64,000 nucleotides of DNA from Anthoceros angustus. Its lineage: Eukaryota > Plantae > Anthocerotophyta. The translations under genes and the position numbers were made by a program. How positions within the stretch are numbered: the stretch's first letter is position 1; every line of letters starts with the position of its first letter. Below the pieces are notes generated by a model that was given only the letters and a program-made list of their open reading frames with translations, did no database searches and was not told where the DNA came from. This document shows positions 62,606-64,000 of this stretch, one piece after another. The stretch covers positions 124,001 to 188,000 of the forward strand of contig MU008197.1 of assembly GCA_010909165.1 (NCBI GenBank), given 5' to 3'.

Positions 62606-64000
62606 TCAGCGGCTGTAGTCCTTCAGGTCGTTCACTCTCTCCACAATGGCAGTGTCCACCAGGCATTCCTCGGCGCTGAGGGGAGGCAGGTCTTTCAACT
62701 TCCGCTGGAGGTTGTGTTTGTGCCACTCCGATTTGAAATGCTCCCGATACTCTTTCGTGTCTCCTACATCTGCGTCGCAGATTTTGCACCTCTGTTGCTT
62801 CCCCACTTGGACAGCTTTGGAGCTTCTCGTTGTAGAGGAGGAGGTGGTGGTGGTAGCGGTGGTGGCACTGGTGTCCCTGGCACCAGGTTTGCTGGACCCT
62901 GTGATTGCTTCCAGTTCCTCACGATTCAGTGTAGGTCCCTCTGATAGGGACAGAGATGTCAGTGCTCGCCTGTCGGCCTCCTCATCACCATAATCATCCA
63001 ATCTTGCATCTCCCTCCTTCTGCACTGCCACAGACATGACATCTAACCGCCCCTTGAGCTCCGTTGTCAGTGCATCCAATTCACGAAACCTGCCAGGCTC
63101 CAACTCGCAAACCTGATAGTCCAAAGGGTGTTATCCCACAGAGTGCAGGCACATGGCATGCCATTCAGACAGATGCTGCATCGACAGTGGTTTCATCATA
63201 CCAGGACGAGGGACGTTGCTACTTCCGTGGACTCGATGTGAGCATCCCAAGCACTCAACCTTTCCTCCAACCTTTGCCGTTCGTGCAGAGGAACAACCAG
63301 CCGCAGCTTCATCCGTGCCCTAGTGATGGAAAACTTCTTCTGTAACACGGGAATGAGCTCCAATGCCTGAACATCCACATCATCCAGTCATTCAGTCATT
63401 CGTCACTTCCAACTCCTCCACAACCTAAAATGAAAATGCTCTCACCTGCTGCTTTGAGCTTCTGTGTGGATCAACTGCAAAGTGGACATCCTTCATCAAA
63501 CGTTCTACCATACTGATAGTGTATGGCCGCTGTGTCTCTGGGTTCACTGTTTTCTCCATCACAATCATTGCAATGTCCCGAAACTGGTTAGTGAATTTCG
63601 ATTCTCGCTCTTTATCAGCAACCTGGACGTCGCCCGTGTTCAGAATCTGCACCAAACATCCAAGTGTCAGAACACAAACCCCAGGTTGATCACGCAGCCC
63701 GATGACATGCTGCTCAACTAGTTAGTTTAGGTCACAGCAGATTGCACTAGAATCCAAACAACCACCTCTACCTCCAAGCAAAGTTGGTTTTCATCGCTTG
63801 TCCCAAACGCTTTGAGCAGGTCCACCGAATTGGCTAGCACTCCCTTGGAAACGTTGGCAAACACCGTCTTGGTTTGCAGCACCTCGTCAATGTCCTTTTC
63901 CCTGCGAATTTCACAACACAATCAAATGCTGCTCAGAAGCCGCAGCCGGATGTCAGTCACGCACTCAACACACTTCAACGCGACATGCTTACACTCCAGA
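62606..64000 (-). CDS. SBDS: Ribosome maturation protein SBDS with C-terminal C2H2-type zinc finger; 5' end outside the window
   Basis: EKDIDEVLQTKTVFANVSKG, ILNTGDVQV, VNPETQRPYTISMVE, SSKQQ|ALELIP, RARMKLRL, CKIC..YREHFKSEWHKHNL. Confidence 0.93.

Noticed and set aside
1-64000. tRNA, rRNA or snRNA genes
   Set aside because: None recognised by eye; a covariance-model scan would be needed to exclude small ncRNAs.

Overview
Compact, gene-dense, intron-containing nuclear DNA from a non-seed land plant. Short GT-AG introns, high gene density and PPR proteins ending in the GRP-type DYW variant point to a hornwort such as Anthoceros (inference; ferns and lycophytes also have this variant). Single-copy genes flank the window: cytosolic aldolase, TIM10, a CRR3-like NDH factor, BCAT, UROD, OXA1, plastocyanin, a conserved membrane protein, NTR, a SPCH/MUTE/FAMA-type bHLH and SBDS. 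The central ~29 kb (11.9-40.7 kb) is a birth-and-death array of GH3 amido-synthetase genes (2 intact, 2 pseudogenes) interleaved with PLS-class PPR genes. The most striking system is the PPR family. Three copies have a DYW:KP deaminase variant (KKPAVATIE, HAEK, CxxCH, GRP/GRL end), the class linked to reverse U-to-C organelle RNA editing. Four copies carry an N-terminal WWDNR...PDF...LWL module resembling the ssDNA-binding PDF motif of OSB proteins. One copy (21296-24115) is intact, and two others are joined at a microhomology that would be in frame if one base were restored. Also notable: a spliced, highly divergent AP2-domain gene in an AT-rich island, an intron-containing kinase fragment, a plastocyanin pseudogene, a perfect 34-bp palindrome, and a microsatellite-rich region upstream of the bHLH. 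Exon boundaries were read by eye; family assignments are from motif recognition, not searches.
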